A stretch of 64,000 nt of DNA from Robiginitomaculum sp. (GTDB lineage Bacteria; Pseudomonadota; Alphaproteobacteria; Caulobacterales; Maricaulaceae). This document shows positions 37,766 through 47,814 of this stretch, piece by piece (within the stretch, counting starts at the first letter, position 1; every line of letters begins with the position of its first letter). Made by a program: the position numbers and the translations under genes. The stretch is from the NCBI GenBank assembly GCA_030949705.1, contig JAUZSF010000026.1, forward strand, positions 53,210-117,209. Direction: 5' to 3'. The notes below the pieces were generated by a model that was not told the origin of the DNA, did no database searches, and worked only from the letters and a program-made list of their open reading frames with translations.

Positions 37766-39520
37766 ATGAGTGAGGCCATTGTGCAAAAAGAAAACAATCC
37801 CAAATCCGATGTCGGCAAAATCACCCGGCGCAGCGCCCTGGCCCTGACCGGCGTAGGCGGGGCGCTGGCAGCCTGTGGACAACAAAAGCCCACGGCGCGC
37901 AAAGATGGCACAACACAAGGCATTTTCCGCCACGGGATAGCCAGTGGCGATCCTCTGCAAACCCGTGTGATTTTATGGACCGCCATCGCAGCGGATGGCC
38001 TGCCGGCCACCATCACCGCCGAGGTCAGCACAGATGCAGGCTTTGCCAATATTGTCTGGTCTGGCCTGGTTAAGGTACGCCCGCAATTAGCGGTGAACGG
38101 CATTGTTCCTTTGAAAATCGAGGCCGTGGGCCTTAACCCCGGCACGGATTATTTTTACCGCTTTCGCGAAAAGGGCGGCGAGGTTTCGCCCCTTGGGCGC
38201 ACCAAAACGCTTAGTGATGGTCCGATGGATGAGCTAACCATGGCGCTGGTTTCGTGCTCGAACCATCCGGCGGGGTATTTTCATGCCTATCGTCATATTG
38301 CCCAAAGTGATCCGGTGGATGTGGTGGTGCATCTGGGCGATTATATTTATGAATATGGCCCCGGCGGCTTTGCCACCCAGGACGCCGAGGCCCTGGGCCG
38401 GGTGCCCGAACCCCCTCATGAATGCGTAAATCTGGATGATTACCGCCGTCGGTATGCCCAATATCACCGTGATCCAGACCTGCAGGCGGCCCACGCCGCC
38501 GCCCCCTGGATCATCACCTGGGATGATCATGAAAGCGCCAATGATTCGTGGAAAGGCGGGGCGCAAAACCATCAGCGTGAAGACGGTGACTGGGCCACCC
38601 GCGAAGCGGCGTCTTTGAGTGCATTTTATGAATGGACCCCCACCCGCGAACCATCAGAGGGGCAACCCCGGTCGGCGTTTTGGCGCGAGTTTGTCTTTGG
38701 TGATCTGGCCACTCTGACCATGTTGGAAACCCGCCTGACGGCGCGCTCCGAACAGGTGGATTGGAAATTGTTCCCGGTACCTGCCGATGCCGACCCCGAG
38801 GATCCTGTGGTCAAGGCCAAGGTCGCCAGTTTCGTACATGACCTGGTCGGCGATCCAAACCGGCGTATGCTGGGCGATCAACAGGGCAATTTTGTTGAGG
38901 CCAGTTTCAAACGCTCGGTCGAGGCTGGCCAGCCCTGGCAATTGCTGGGCAATCAGGTCTTGCTCGCCAAGATCAATTCCCCCAATTATATTGACGTTCT
39001 GCCGGGCTGGCTGAAATGGCTGGCCAAAAAGAAACAGCCCTTATTGTTTGAATATTTCCTGCGCTCGCGCTTTCGCCCACCCTTGAATATTGATGCCTGG
39101 GACGGTTATCCGGCAGCCCGCGAACGATTATACAATCGCGCCCGGCGCGCCGGGGCCAGCTTTATCTCTCTGGCCGGGGACACCCATGATTTCAATGCTT
39201 CCCGGCTGCGCGCCGCAGACGGCCAGGTCGTTGGGGCAGAGCTGGGAACCACCGGGGTTTCCAGCCCCGGCAATTTTGCCGATGTGGTGGCCCCCGGAGT
39301 GGATTTTGGCCGCCTGACCGAAGCGGCCAACCCGGATACCATTTTGCATGATGTGCACCATACGGGCTATATCCGCCTGACCCTGCGCCCCGATGAAGCG
39401 GTAGCGGATTATGTTTCTACCTCCAGCGTTAAACAGCCAAATTTCACTACCAAAATTCATGATCGTTTTCGCCTGAAACCAGCCCAAAAAGGTGAGGCCG
39501 TTACCTTGGAGAAAATATAA
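37766..39520 (+). CDS. phoD: Alkaline phosphatase D family protein (Tat-exported)
   Basis: Twin-arginine signal ITRRSALALTGVGGALAAC. GIASGDP, VHLGDYIYEY, ITWDDHE and GDTHDF are PhoD-type metallophosphatase motifs. Confidence 0.88.
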   Translation: MSEAIVQKENNPKSDVGKITRRSALALTGVGGALAACGQQKPTARKDGTTQGIFRHGIASGDPLQTRVILWTAIAADGLPATITAEVSTDAGFANIVWSGLVKVRPQLAVNGIVPLKIEAVGLNPGTDYFYRFREKGGEVSPLGRTKTLSDGPMDELTMALVSCSNHPAGYFHAYRHIAQSDPVDVVVHLGDYIYEYGPGGFATQDAEALGRVPEPPHECVNLDDYRRRYAQYHRDPDLQAAHAAAPWIITWDDHESANDSWKGGAQNHQREDGDWATREAASLSAFYEWTPTREPSEGQPRSAFWREFVFGDLATLTMLETRLTARSEQVDWKLFPVPADADPEDPVVKAKVASFVHDLVGDPNRRMLGDQQGNFVEASFKRSVEAGQPWQLLGNQVLLAKINSPNYIDVLPGWLKWLAKKKQPLLFEYFLRSRFRPPLNIDAWDGYPAARERLYNRARRAGASFISLAGDTHDFNASRLRAADGQVVGAELGTTGVSSPGNFADVVAPGVDFGRLTEAANPDTILHDVHHTGYIRLTLRPDEAVADYVSTSSVKQPNFTTKIHDRFRLKPAQKGEAVTLEKI

Positions 39521-39599
39521 TAGGACCGGCCCCCTAATCTCTTTGGTGCTTTCTTAAAGTTTAGCGTGTCCCATGGGCGTTTAACGCCAGAGGATTGCC

Positions 39600-40436
39600 A
39601 TGCCGGATCGGGACAAGAGCCAACACCTTTTTCGCACTGCCGAGCAAGATCGCGAGATCATGCGCAAGGTGCCGCAAACGCCGCAAACCTGTTCCAGTGC
39701 CTATTGCCTGGCCTTTGATGATGCCGAATTTTTATTGCGCGATGAATTGCGCCCGGTGCGCCTGCAACTGGAACTGATGAAGGCGCAAATGGTCTTCGAA
39801 GAGCAAAACGTGGATTCTACCGTGGTGATCTTTGGCGGCGCGCGCATCCCGGCGCCCGGCACCCAGCCGGTACGCACCGATAATCCGGCCCTGATCAAAA
39901 GTCTGCAGGACAAGGCCCATTATTATGAAGAGGCCCGCCGCTTTGCCCAGATGGTGTCGCAATACTCGCTCGATACCGGCGGGCGTGACTGGATGATTTG
40001 TTCCGGCGGCGGCCCCGGCGTGATGGAGGCGGCCAATCGCGGTGCCGATGATGTGGGGGCCAAAAGCATTGGCCTGAACATCGTCCTGCCTCATGAACAG
40101 GCCCCCAACCCCTATGTGACGCCCGCCCTCAGCCTGCAATTTCATTATTTTGCCATTCGGAAAATGCAGTTTCTCATGCGGGCCAAGGCATTGGCGGTGT
40201 TTCCAGGCGGGTTTGGTACGCTGGACGAAACCTTTGAAACTCTTACCCTGATCCAGACCGGCCGCGTGGCCCCCATGCCGGTACTGCTCTTTGGGGAGAG
40301 TTTCTGGCGACGCATTATTGATTTTGAGGCCCTGGCCGCCGAAGGTACCATTTCACCCGACGATCTGAATTTGTTCTCGTTCGTGGAAACCGGCGAACAG
40401 GGCTGGGGAAAAATCAAACAGTTTTACGGGCTTTAA
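39600..40436 (+). CDS. LOG-family (TIGR00730-type) nucleotide phosphoribohydrolase-like protein
   Basis: VVIFGGAR..., ICSGGGPGVMEAANRGA, and AVFPGGFGTLDETFETLTLIQTG (PGGxGTxxE). Confidence 0.8.
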   Translation: MPDRDKSQHLFRTAEQDREIMRKVPQTPQTCSSAYCLAFDDAEFLLRDELRPVRLQLELMKAQMVFEEQNVDSTVVIFGGARIPAPGTQPVRTDNPALIKSLQDKAHYYEEARRFAQMVSQYSLDTGGRDWMICSGGGPGVMEAANRGADDVGAKSIGLNIVLPHEQAPNPYVTPALSLQFHYFAIRKMQFLMRAKALAVFPGGFGTLDETFETLTLIQTGRVAPMPVLLFGESFWRRIIDFEALAAEGTISPDDLNLFSFVETGEQGWGKIKQFYGL

Positions 40437-41514
40437 AAGCGGTTTTCAGCCCGTTGGCCAACGGTGTTTTATAGGCCAGAGCCGGTTTTTCAATAAAGTA
40501 CCATGAAAGGGCCGCGATCAGCGCGCTTAGGGGCAGGGCCATGGCCATCATTACATAAGCATTTTGCGCATAGCCCAAATGATAGAGGCTCTGCATGATC
40601 GGCCATTGCCAGATATAAATGCCATAGGACAGATCGGGAATACGCGCCAGCGAAGCCCAAGAGGACGGCAATCCAAAGCCAATCAGCAAGATCCCGCCGG
40701 CCAGGGCAAAATTGAGCATGATTTCATAAGAGGCCGTGGGGCCAAACATGAGCGCCAACAGGGCCATGCCCAGGGCCAGTTTTGGGCTGATCCGTATAGA
40801 ATGCCGCCAGGCATAAAGCGTGGCCCCCAAAAGGTAGGCGCTGGACAGGCGCGTCAGATCCATAAAGGGCTTGGAAAACACTTCCGGTATGGTTCGCACC
40901 ACCATGAAGGACAAAACCGACAACATGAACAGCGCCAATACCCGCCCGCGGGACCGGGCCAGGCCGATCATGCCGATCAAGATGCTGCCGCCATAGGCGA
41001 ACACTTCATAACGCAGGGTCCACAGGGAAGCAGAAAACTCACCCGGATAGGGGTTATTGGGAAAAATATGCGGCGGGCCTCCCGAAGTGTCACCAAAGGT
41101 CAGTACATCGCACAGATAACGCCAAGTTTGCGTATCAGTCAGATATGCCATGGGGCTGAGGGGGGTAAAGACCGGGCCGAAGACCAAAATCGCTACCAGG
41201 GACAAGACGATCAGGGCCGGAAACAGGCGCAAGGCCCGCGCCACCACAAAGCGCAGTACATCCGGACGGCGATCAAAAGAACGGGTAATCAGCAAGCCGG
41301 ACAGGATAAAAAACCCGTTCACCGCCGCATAAGACAGGGTGATGTTGAAAAGCATTAGAGGTTCGGGGGCCGTACGACCCAGAAACACCACAAAACTGTG
41401 ACCCAATAACACACCCAGCGCCATGAGAAGGCGCACCGGCGTCAGCAAATTGGCGGATCGGTCCAGTGCCTGGGCAAGGGTTGGGGGGATCGGGTGTATC
41501 GTTTTGGTGCTCAT
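40414..41514 (-). CDS. Acyltransferase-3 family membrane protein (OafA/YrhL-like)
   Basis: Polytopic ORF with VRLLMALGVLLGHSF (conserved His) near the N-terminus. The start is uncertain (41514, 41538 or 41577). The 3' end overlaps the LOG gene by 23 nt. Confidence 0.7.
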   Translation of the reverse strand: MSTKTIHPIPPTLAQALDRSANLLTPVRLLMALGVLLGHSFVVFLGRTAPEPLMLFNITLSYAAVNGFFILSGLLITRSFDRRPDVLRFVVARALRLFPALIVLSLVAILVFGPVFTPLSPMAYLTDTQTWRYLCDVLTFGDTSGGPPHIFPNNPYPGEFSASLWTLRYEVFAYGGSILIGMIGLARSRGRVLALFMLSVLSFMVVRTIPEVFSKPFMDLTRLSSAYLLGATLYAWRHSIRISPKLALGMALLALMFGPTASYEIMLNFALAGGILLIGFGLPSSWASLARIPDLSYGIYIWQWPIMQSLYHLGYAQNAYVMMAMALPLSALIAALSWYFIEKPALAYKTPLANGLKTAFKARKTV

Positions 41515-41611
41515 ACGGGCTTTGCCCGCAAAAGCCATGCCAGAAGAAGGCAGGTTACCACCTGCCTTTCCCATCAATAAAATATAGGGGTCTGAACCCT
41601 AGGAACAGGCC

Positions 41612-42151
41612 CTAGCGCGGAGCCAGCACCATCATCATCAGGCGGCCTTCAACCTTTGGTTCAAACTCCACCTTGGCAGTGTCGGCAAAATCTTCGCGAA
41701 CCCGTTCCAACAGAGCGCGGCCCCGGTCCTGGTGTGCCATTTCCCGGCCGCGAAAGCGGATGGTCACTTTTACCTTGTCGCCCTGATCAAAAAACCGCTG
41801 CATGGCGCGAGCTTTGACCTGATAGTCATGGACATCAATATTGGGGCGCATTTTAATTTCTTTGAGGTCAGCCGATTTCTGCTTTTTCTTGGCTTCGGAA
41901 CGTTTTTTCTGTTCCTGAAAGCGCAGCTTGCCATAATCGAGGATTTTACAAACCGGCGCGGTGGGACTGGGGGCCACTTCGACCAGATCAAGGCCGGCTT
42001 CGCTGGCAGCGTCCAGCGCGGCATGCAAAGGCATCATGCCCTGCTTTTCACCATTCTGGTCAATGAGGAGAACCTGTTCGGCCTCAATATCTTTATTAAC
42101 ACGGGGCCCCTTTTTTTTGGTGGGGGCGGATACGACTGGACGGCGGGCTAT
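41612..42151 (-). CDS. infC: Translation initiation factor IF-3, probable non-AUG (ATA or ATT) start
   Basis: [42 protein letters not shown]...[15 protein letters not shown]...[15 protein letters not shown] is canonical IF-3. There is no in-frame ATG near the N-terminus. The minus strand reads AAGGAG-ATTACC-ATA. Confidence 0.88.
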   Translation of the reverse strand: MARRPVVSAPTKKKGPRVNKDIEAEQVLLIDQNGEKQGMMPLHAALDAASEAGLDLVEVAPSPTAPVCKILDYGKLRFQEQKKRSEAKKKQKSADLKEIKMRPNIDVHDYQVKARAMQRFFDQGDKVKVTIRFRGREMAHQDRGRALLERVREDFADTAKVEFEPKVEGRLMMMVLAPR

Positions 42152-42294
42152 GGTAATCTCCTTTGTGACCGCTAAACTCAAAATATTACAGGCTAAACAT
42201 ACCCAATGCGAGCATGCGCAACCTGTGGAACCGGCTTTATGAAGAAAGGAATGCGGCGGATCAAGCGCGCAGATCACTTTTTGGCCAGCTTAAG

Positions 42295-43257
42295 TCACGA
42301 CCTGGACCGTGCAAAAGCCTTAAACATGCCTAAAACATCGAACACGGAGCGGGCCGACAGCGCCTCCAGCGAGGGGGTGACCAGTGCCACTTCGCCAGCG
42401 CCACGTGGTGCATGGGCGGTGGCATCCTCATGGCCCTGGTGCAAGGTAATGGTTCGCGCCCCGGCCGCGCAGGCCAGCCGGGCTGCCCCATCGGCATGGC
42501 CAACCACGGCGCGGGCATGGGTGCCAAGGGCGGCCAGCTGATAATAATCGGCGCGGGCACACAGGTCTTTGATACGCACATCAATCTGCGCCACTTCACG
42601 GGCATAAACCCGATCCGCAATGGTGCCGACCAGCGCACACCCCATACCGGTTTCAACAATGCCGCGCGCCAGGGCCGCAAATTGGGCGTTTGGCCAGCGT
42701 GGCCCGTTATCATCACGGGTTAGATTCAACAAAATAAAATCCCGCTCCAGGCCAAAAAAGGCGGGCTCCAGTGATGGCGCGCCGGCACGGCGGCGCAACA
42801 GCCAGCGCCCATCCGGTCCGGGAACGGGGGGCGTAATATGACCGCCAATTCCCACCACATCCAACAGGGCTGCATCGGCATCAATGGGGTGTGGCGGTTC
42901 CTGATTCAGTTTCCATTTGGATCGTCTGGCGGCCCCGGCAAAGGGGGGGCCAAACATGCCAAAGGCGTTTTGCAGCTGGCGGGTGCGCTTTGATCGTTCC
43001 AGGTCATAAATCCGCTCAAAGCGGCGTTTTTTCAGGGCTTGGACCAGGGTGCGCAAGGCCGCAGGATTTTGCCACAGCTCCACCGTGCTGACATCATCAA
43101 ACAATGAAGAAGCCTTGGCCAAACCGGCCAGTTTGGGCACGGTTAGCAAAGTCAAACGCTCATGGGTGTTTTGCTGACGCAGGCGCTGTACCGCCGCCAT
43201 GGCATCGACCAGCCTTCCCAGCGGCCCAAAACAGATAATGAGAGCGCCGGCACTCAT
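42295..43257 (-). CDS. Glycosyltransferase family 9 (heptosyltransferase-like) protein
   Basis: MSAGALIICFGPLGRLVDAMAAVQRLRQ...LTLLT N-terminus, and a C-terminal VVGHADGAARLACAAGARTITL pattern typical of GT9. Confidence 0.65.
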   Translation of the reverse strand: MSAGALIICFGPLGRLVDAMAAVQRLRQQNTHERLTLLTVPKLAGLAKASSLFDDVSTVELWQNPAALRTLVQALKKRRFERIYDLERSKRTRQLQNAFGMFGPPFAGAARRSKWKLNQEPPHPIDADAALLDVVGIGGHITPPVPGPDGRWLLRRRAGAPSLEPAFFGLERDFILLNLTRDDNGPRWPNAQFAALARGIVETGMGCALVGTIADRVYAREVAQIDVRIKDLCARADYYQLAALGTHARAVVGHADGAARLACAAGARTITLHQGHEDATAHAPRGAGEVALVTPSLEALSARSVFDVLGMFKAFARSRS

Positions 43258-43260
43258 TGG

Positions 43261-44418
43261 CTAATTTCCTTTACGCGTACAAATCAGGTGACGATATAGC
43301 CCAAGGGTTTTTGCACACATTGCTTTGCGAGAATAGTGCGCAAGGGTGTGTTTGCGGGCTGTTGTGCGGATTTGTTGGTGCGTATCTGTATCCAGCCTCA
43401 GGGCGTTTTTCAATACGTTGGCCAGGTCTTCGGCATTGGCAGGCTGGAAATGAAAGCCGGTTTGCCCGTCCAGAACGGTTTCCAGCGTGCCCCCATGGGC
43501 CGAGGCAACGGTAAGGCGGGCACTGGCCTGGCCTTCTACGGCAACGCGGCCAAAGGCTTCGGGCTCGATGGAGGCAGACAGCACAATATCAGCCCCGCAA
43601 TAAAGTGCCGCCATGTCCTCTACATGGCCGCAAAAATGCACATAGGCACCAAGACTGGCCCGGGCCACCTGTTGGTGCAAGACGGCTACATAATGGTCTC
43701 GCCCTTGCGCATCCCCAGCCAGCACCAGATGGGCCTTGTGGCCGTCTTGATGCAATCGGGCCACCGCGTCGATGGCACTTTCCTGTCCTTTCCAGCGGGT
43801 CAAACGGCCTGGCAGAACAATCAATGGCTCGTTCGGGGCGCGGTTTATCCTCACTTTGGTGCCGGGTATGGTCGAACCGGCGGCATCCATGGTCATGGGT
43901 ATGTCAAAATACACAGGCGCAACCCCCCGGGGGATCACCGTAAGGCGGCTTTCCTCTATGGCGTGCTCGTCAATAATGCGCCGTGCAATAAAGCCGGAAT
44001 TGGCAATCACCGCGTCCCCGGCAGCCATAATGCTGTTATAATACCGTTTCAGCGCGGATCTGGCATTATAGGTGCCGTGATAGGTGGTCACAAAGGGCAG
44101 GTTCAGGCGCTGGCACGCCGCCTTGGCGCTCCAGGCCGGGGCGCGAGAACGCGCATGCAGTAAATCAGCCTCAAAGGCACTGGCGATTTTGACAATCTGC
44201 CCGACATTGCGCCACATCACATATGGATTTTTGGAATGCACCGGCAAATGCGCAATGACCCCGCCTGCCGCGATCACCTCATCCTCCAGCCGCCCACCGG
44301 CGGTTATGCACAAGGCCTGCCCCCCGGCTTTGCTCACGGCACGGGTGATCTCCACCACGGTGCGTTCAGCACCTCCGGCATCCAAAGCGGGTATGATCTG
44401 CACGATTTTTAGAGACAC
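43261..44418 (-). CDS. Glycosyltransferase family 4 (GT-B, group 1) protein
   Basis: LKIVQIIPALDAGGAERTVVEI N-terminus, and a C-terminal EPEAFGRVAVEGQA...GGTLETV (E-x7-E region). Confidence 0.8.
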   Translation of the reverse strand: MSLKIVQIIPALDAGGAERTVVEITRAVSKAGGQALCITAGGRLEDEVIAAGGVIAHLPVHSKNPYVMWRNVGQIVKIASAFEADLLHARSRAPAWSAKAACQRLNLPFVTTYHGTYNARSALKRYYNSIMAAGDAVIANSGFIARRIIDEHAIEESRLTVIPRGVAPVYFDIPMTMDAAGSTIPGTKVRINRAPNEPLIVLPGRLTRWKGQESAIDAVARLHQDGHKAHLVLAGDAQGRDHYVAVLHQQVARASLGAYVHFCGHVEDMAALYCGADIVLSASIEPEAFGRVAVEGQASARLTVASAHGGTLETVLDGQTGFHFQPANAEDLANVLKNALRLDTDTHQQIRTTARKHTLAHYSRKAMCAKTLGLYRHLICTRKGN

Positions 44419-44484
44419 AACTCGACTTTCCTGTTTTCTTCGTGCACGTCACAATGGTGTTCAATGTGCATTCCGGCATAGCAT

Positions 44485-45252
44485 ATGGCAAATGATCTTA
44501 CCTTTATAAAGCGCGAAGGCGGCGAGACGCTGGCCTGTCGTGTGCGCCCCGGCAAAGGACCAACCGTCCTGTGGCTGGGCGGTTTTCGTTCTGACATGGA
44601 TGGCACCAAGGCCGAGGCCGTGGATACCTGGGCCAAAGAGAGCGGCCGCGCCTATGTGCGTTTTGATTATTCAGGCCACGGCCAATCGTCGGGAAAATTT
44701 GAAGAGGGCACCATTTCGCGCTGGCGCGATGATGCCCTGTGTGTTCTGGATGAATATTGCCCGGGCGATGTCATTGCCCTGGGTTCATCCATGGGGGCAT
44801 GGATTGCCTTGTTGTTGGCCAAGGCCAGACCGGAAACAATCAAGGCACTGACCCTGATTGCCCCGGCCCCGGATTTTACCGAAAAACTGATGTGGCAGGG
44901 CTTTGATCAGGACACTCGCCGTCGGATTGTGGAACAGGGGGTGTATTATGAACCATCCGATTACAGTGACGAGCCAACCCCCATCACCCGCGCGCTGATC
45001 GAGGACGGACGGCAAAATCTGGTCATGGATGCCCCTATCGCCTTTACCGGGCCGGTCCGCATTTTACAGGGCGTACAGGATGAAAGCGTACCCTGGTCCT
45101 ATGCGCTGGAACTGATGGGATGTCTGCAAAGCGAGGATATTGTTTTCAGCCTGTCCAAAAGTGGCGATCATCGCCTGTCCACCCCCGCAGACATTATCCG
45201 GCTGACCACGACGCTGGATTTGCTTTGTCAATCGCTGCAAAAGCCTAAATAG
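44485..45252 (+). CDS. Alpha/beta-fold hydrolase
   Basis: VLWLGGFRSDMDGTKA, nucleophile elbow GSSMGAW, and C-terminal GDHRL (catalytic His). Confidence 0.75.
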   Translation: MANDLTFIKREGGETLACRVRPGKGPTVLWLGGFRSDMDGTKAEAVDTWAKESGRAYVRFDYSGHGQSSGKFEEGTISRWRDDALCVLDEYCPGDVIALGSSMGAWIALLLAKARPETIKALTLIAPAPDFTEKLMWQGFDQDTRRRIVEQGVYYEPSDYSDEPTPITRALIEDGRQNLVMDAPIAFTGPVRILQGVQDESVPWSYALELMGCLQSEDIVFSLSKSGDHRLSTPADIIRLTTTLDLLCQSLQKPK

Positions 45253-45361
45253 GCGAGACTGTTTTGTAACACTGCCAAGTTATTTCAGTTTTTACACTGG
45301 TTTGTGACTTGTTTTGCTCACTTTCACCCCTCACAAAGGAAGGGTGGACAAGAGGTGTGTT

Positions 45362-46015
45362 ATGCGTAGCGTATTTGTAATCATGGTCTTCATGCTTGGT
45401 ATGGTCTTGATGACCCCCGGCGCACACAGTCGCAGCATTGACGAAAGCCAGCGCTATCGCATCTGCCTTGCCAAGGCGCACAGCACCCCCTCGGCCGCCT
45501 ATGAAGATGCCATTATCTGGAAAAATGAAGGCGGTGCCGGCCCGGCCCGTCATTGCATCGCCATGGCCCTGTTGGGTCTGGGGGCCTATGCCGAAGGGGC
45601 ACAAAAGCTGGAATCTCTGGCCTATGCCCCCGATATTGGCGATGAAAGCCTGCGCACACAGGCCCTGATCCAGTCAGGCGAGGCTTGGCTACAGGCGCAC
45701 AAGCCAAGAGAAGCTTTGCGGGTGCTGGACCGGGCGCTGGAGCGCGATCCGGATAATACTGAGGCCCACATCAAGCGCGCCCGCACGCTGATGGCCATGG
45801 AAAGGCCCATTGAGGCCCATATGGATCTGGATGCGGCCATTCGCGCTCAGCCTCAAAATGCCCTGGCCCTGCGCTTGCGTGCGGCGGTATTGCTGTTCAA
45901 AAAAGACCTCGATGGCGCCCAAAAAGACATTGAGGCGACCTTGGCCCTGGAGCCGGATAATGTCGAAGCCCTGTTGGTGCGTGGGCAAATCCGCGAGGCC
46001 AAACGCCTGCAATAA
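45362..46015 (+). CDS. TPR-repeat protein with signal peptide
   Basis: AGAGG precedes ATG 45362. MRSVFVIMVFMLGMVLMTPGAHS signal peptide. Repeated A-x-x-x-L/A-L-x-x-x-P-x-N TPR-like units (ALERDPDNTEAH, AIRAQPQNALAL, TLALEPDNVEAL). Confidence 0.7.
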   Translation: MRSVFVIMVFMLGMVLMTPGAHSRSIDESQRYRICLAKAHSTPSAAYEDAIIWKNEGGAGPARHCIAMALLGLGAYAEGAQKLESLAYAPDIGDESLRTQALIQSGEAWLQAHKPREALRVLDRALERDPDNTEAHIKRARTLMAMERPIEAHMDLDAAIRAQPQNALALRLRAAVLLFKKDLDGAQKDIEATLALEPDNVEALLVRGQIREAKRLQ

Positions 46016-46017
46016 GG

Positions 46018-47151
46018 TTATGTGGCCGGATCGGCCCATTGGTTTTGGACCATTTCATTCTTTTCATTGGGCCGCATTTTGACGGCCAAAGCATGAAATT
46101 CATCCGTTGGCAGCAGGCATTTTAGTGCCCACACCGCCGCATCGCGCACCTGTATGCTCTCATCATCAAGACGGTCTTTGGCCGCCGGGATCAATGCCGG
46201 GTCCTGACTGTTGCCAATGGCGATCAGCACATTGCGGATAAAACGATCACGTCCGCTGCGTTTGATCGGCGAGCCGGCAAACAGCTCGCGAAACGCAGTA
46301 TCATCCAGGGCACAAAGGGCCGCCAGATCCGGCAGGATGTTTTCCGCCCGGGGCCACAACAGGGCCTCGCGCCCGGTTTGGGCATATTTGTTCCACGGGC
46401 AAACTGCCAGACAATCATCACAGCCATAAATGTGATTACCCATCAGAGGGCGCAGCGCATTGTCGATCGGGCCGTCATGTTCAATGGTCAGATAGGATAT
46501 GCACCGCCGCGCATCAATTTTATAGGGCGCGGGAAAGGCCTTGGTCGGGCAGATATCCAGACAGGCGTGGCAGGATCCGCAATGATCCTCGCTATGGGCA
46601 TCCGCAGGCAGGTCCGCATCGGTCAGGATTACCCCCAGAAACAGCCAGGAACCAAATTCCCGCGAGACCAGATTGGTATGCTTGCCTTGCCAGCCAAGGC
46701 CCGCGCGCGCCGCCAAAGGCTTTTCCATCAAAGGCGCGGTATCGACAAACACCTTCACGTCAGCCCCATAGGTTTTGGCAAACCAGCCGGCCAAGGCTTT
46801 GAGGCGTTTCTTGACCAGCTTGTGATAATCCCCACCCTGGGCATAGACCGAAATAACGCCATTACTGGTGTGTTGCAGAGCGTGCAAAGGGTTTTCCGCC
46901 GGGCCATAATTGATGCCCAACACCATGGCGCTGCGGGCCTCGGTCCACATATGGGTGGGGTGGCGACGGCGCAACAGCGTGTCCTGCATCCATGCCATGC
47001 TGCCATGGTGCCCGGCCTCTACATAGCGCTGCAGACCGTCTCCGGCATTCCAGGGGGTGTGGGCATCGGCAATCCGGCAGACGTCAAAGCCACAGGCGCG
47101 GGCCTGGGAACGCAGGGCCGCGATATCGGATTCAGAAATCGAGATTGGCAT
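46018..47151 (-). CDS. queG: tRNA epoxyqueuosine(34) reductase
   Basis: CGSCHACLDICPTKAF and GCDDCLAVCPWN ferredoxin-type motifs, RCISYLTIEH, and a C-terminal HEAT-like tail. Start at ATG 47151. Confidence 0.9.
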   Translation of the reverse strand: MPISISESDIAALRSQARACGFDVCRIADAHTPWNAGDGLQRYVEAGHHGSMAWMQDTLLRRRHPTHMWTEARSAMVLGINYGPAENPLHALQHTSNGVISVYAQGGDYHKLVKKRLKALAGWFAKTYGADVKVFVDTAPLMEKPLAARAGLGWQGKHTNLVSREFGSWLFLGVILTDADLPADAHSEDHCGSCHACLDICPTKAFPAPYKIDARRCISYLTIEHDGPIDNALRPLMGNHIYGCDDCLAVCPWNKYAQTGREALLWPRAENILPDLAALCALDDTAFRELFAGSPIKRSGRDRFIRNVLIAIGNSQDPALIPAAKDRLDDESIQVRDAAVWALKCLLPTDEFHALAVKMRPNEKNEMVQNQWADPAT

Positions 47152-47811
47152 AATGCGGAGCCGGGGGAATCCCCGGCAAGGTATCGGCAAGAAGCGGGCG
47201 AAAGGCCGGGCGGGATTTCAGCCGCATATACCAGGTTTTTGCCAGCGCAAATTCTTCCCAGGGCACTTCGCCCAGATAATCAAGACAGGATAATTGTGCC
47301 CCGGCGGCAATGTCCGCATGGGTAAGGCTGGTACCGGCCAGCCAGTCACGGGTTTCTACCAGATGATTGATATGGGCCAGATGCCAACGCAAATGTGACC
47401 GCCCCTGGCGTATGGCGCTATTGTCTGGGGCGCCGCCGCCGGTCATGGGCTTTTCCAGCCGTTCGTACAAAATATAGGCATTGACCTCGGCATGAAATTT
47501 TACGCAAAACCATTCCACCAGCCGGCGCACTTCGGCGCGTCCGGGCAGGTCTGGCGGCAATAGGGGGGGGCCGCTTCGCGGGCTTCATCAAGATATTCCA
47601 AAATTGGCCGGGCCTCGGCTACGATAACGGTGGTTGCCCCGCTTTCATCGCGCAAAACCGGTGTCGAGCCAGCCGGGTTTAACGCCAACAAGGCCGCCGG
47701 GTCATCGGTAAATTCCACCCGCGAGAGCTTGAAGGTCAGGCGTTTTTCCGCCAGCGCGAGGCGGGCCATGCGCGAAAACGGATCCAGCGGCCAATGATAT
47801 AAAATACGCAC
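47132..47811 (-). pseudogene. Glutathione S-transferase family protein, one frameshift as assembled
   Basis: ORF 47500..47811 (thioredoxin-like N-domain MRILYHWPLDPFSRMARLAL...STPVL) and ORF 47132..47560 (helical C-domain) join at the G8 run 47563-47570 (C8 on the coding strand). Confidence 0.7.
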
Positions 47812-47814
47812 GGC

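Noticed and set aside
46378-47325. 315-aa plus-strand ORF opposite queG and the GST gene
   Set aside because: Same shadow-ORF signature. queG motifs on the other strand explain the open frame.
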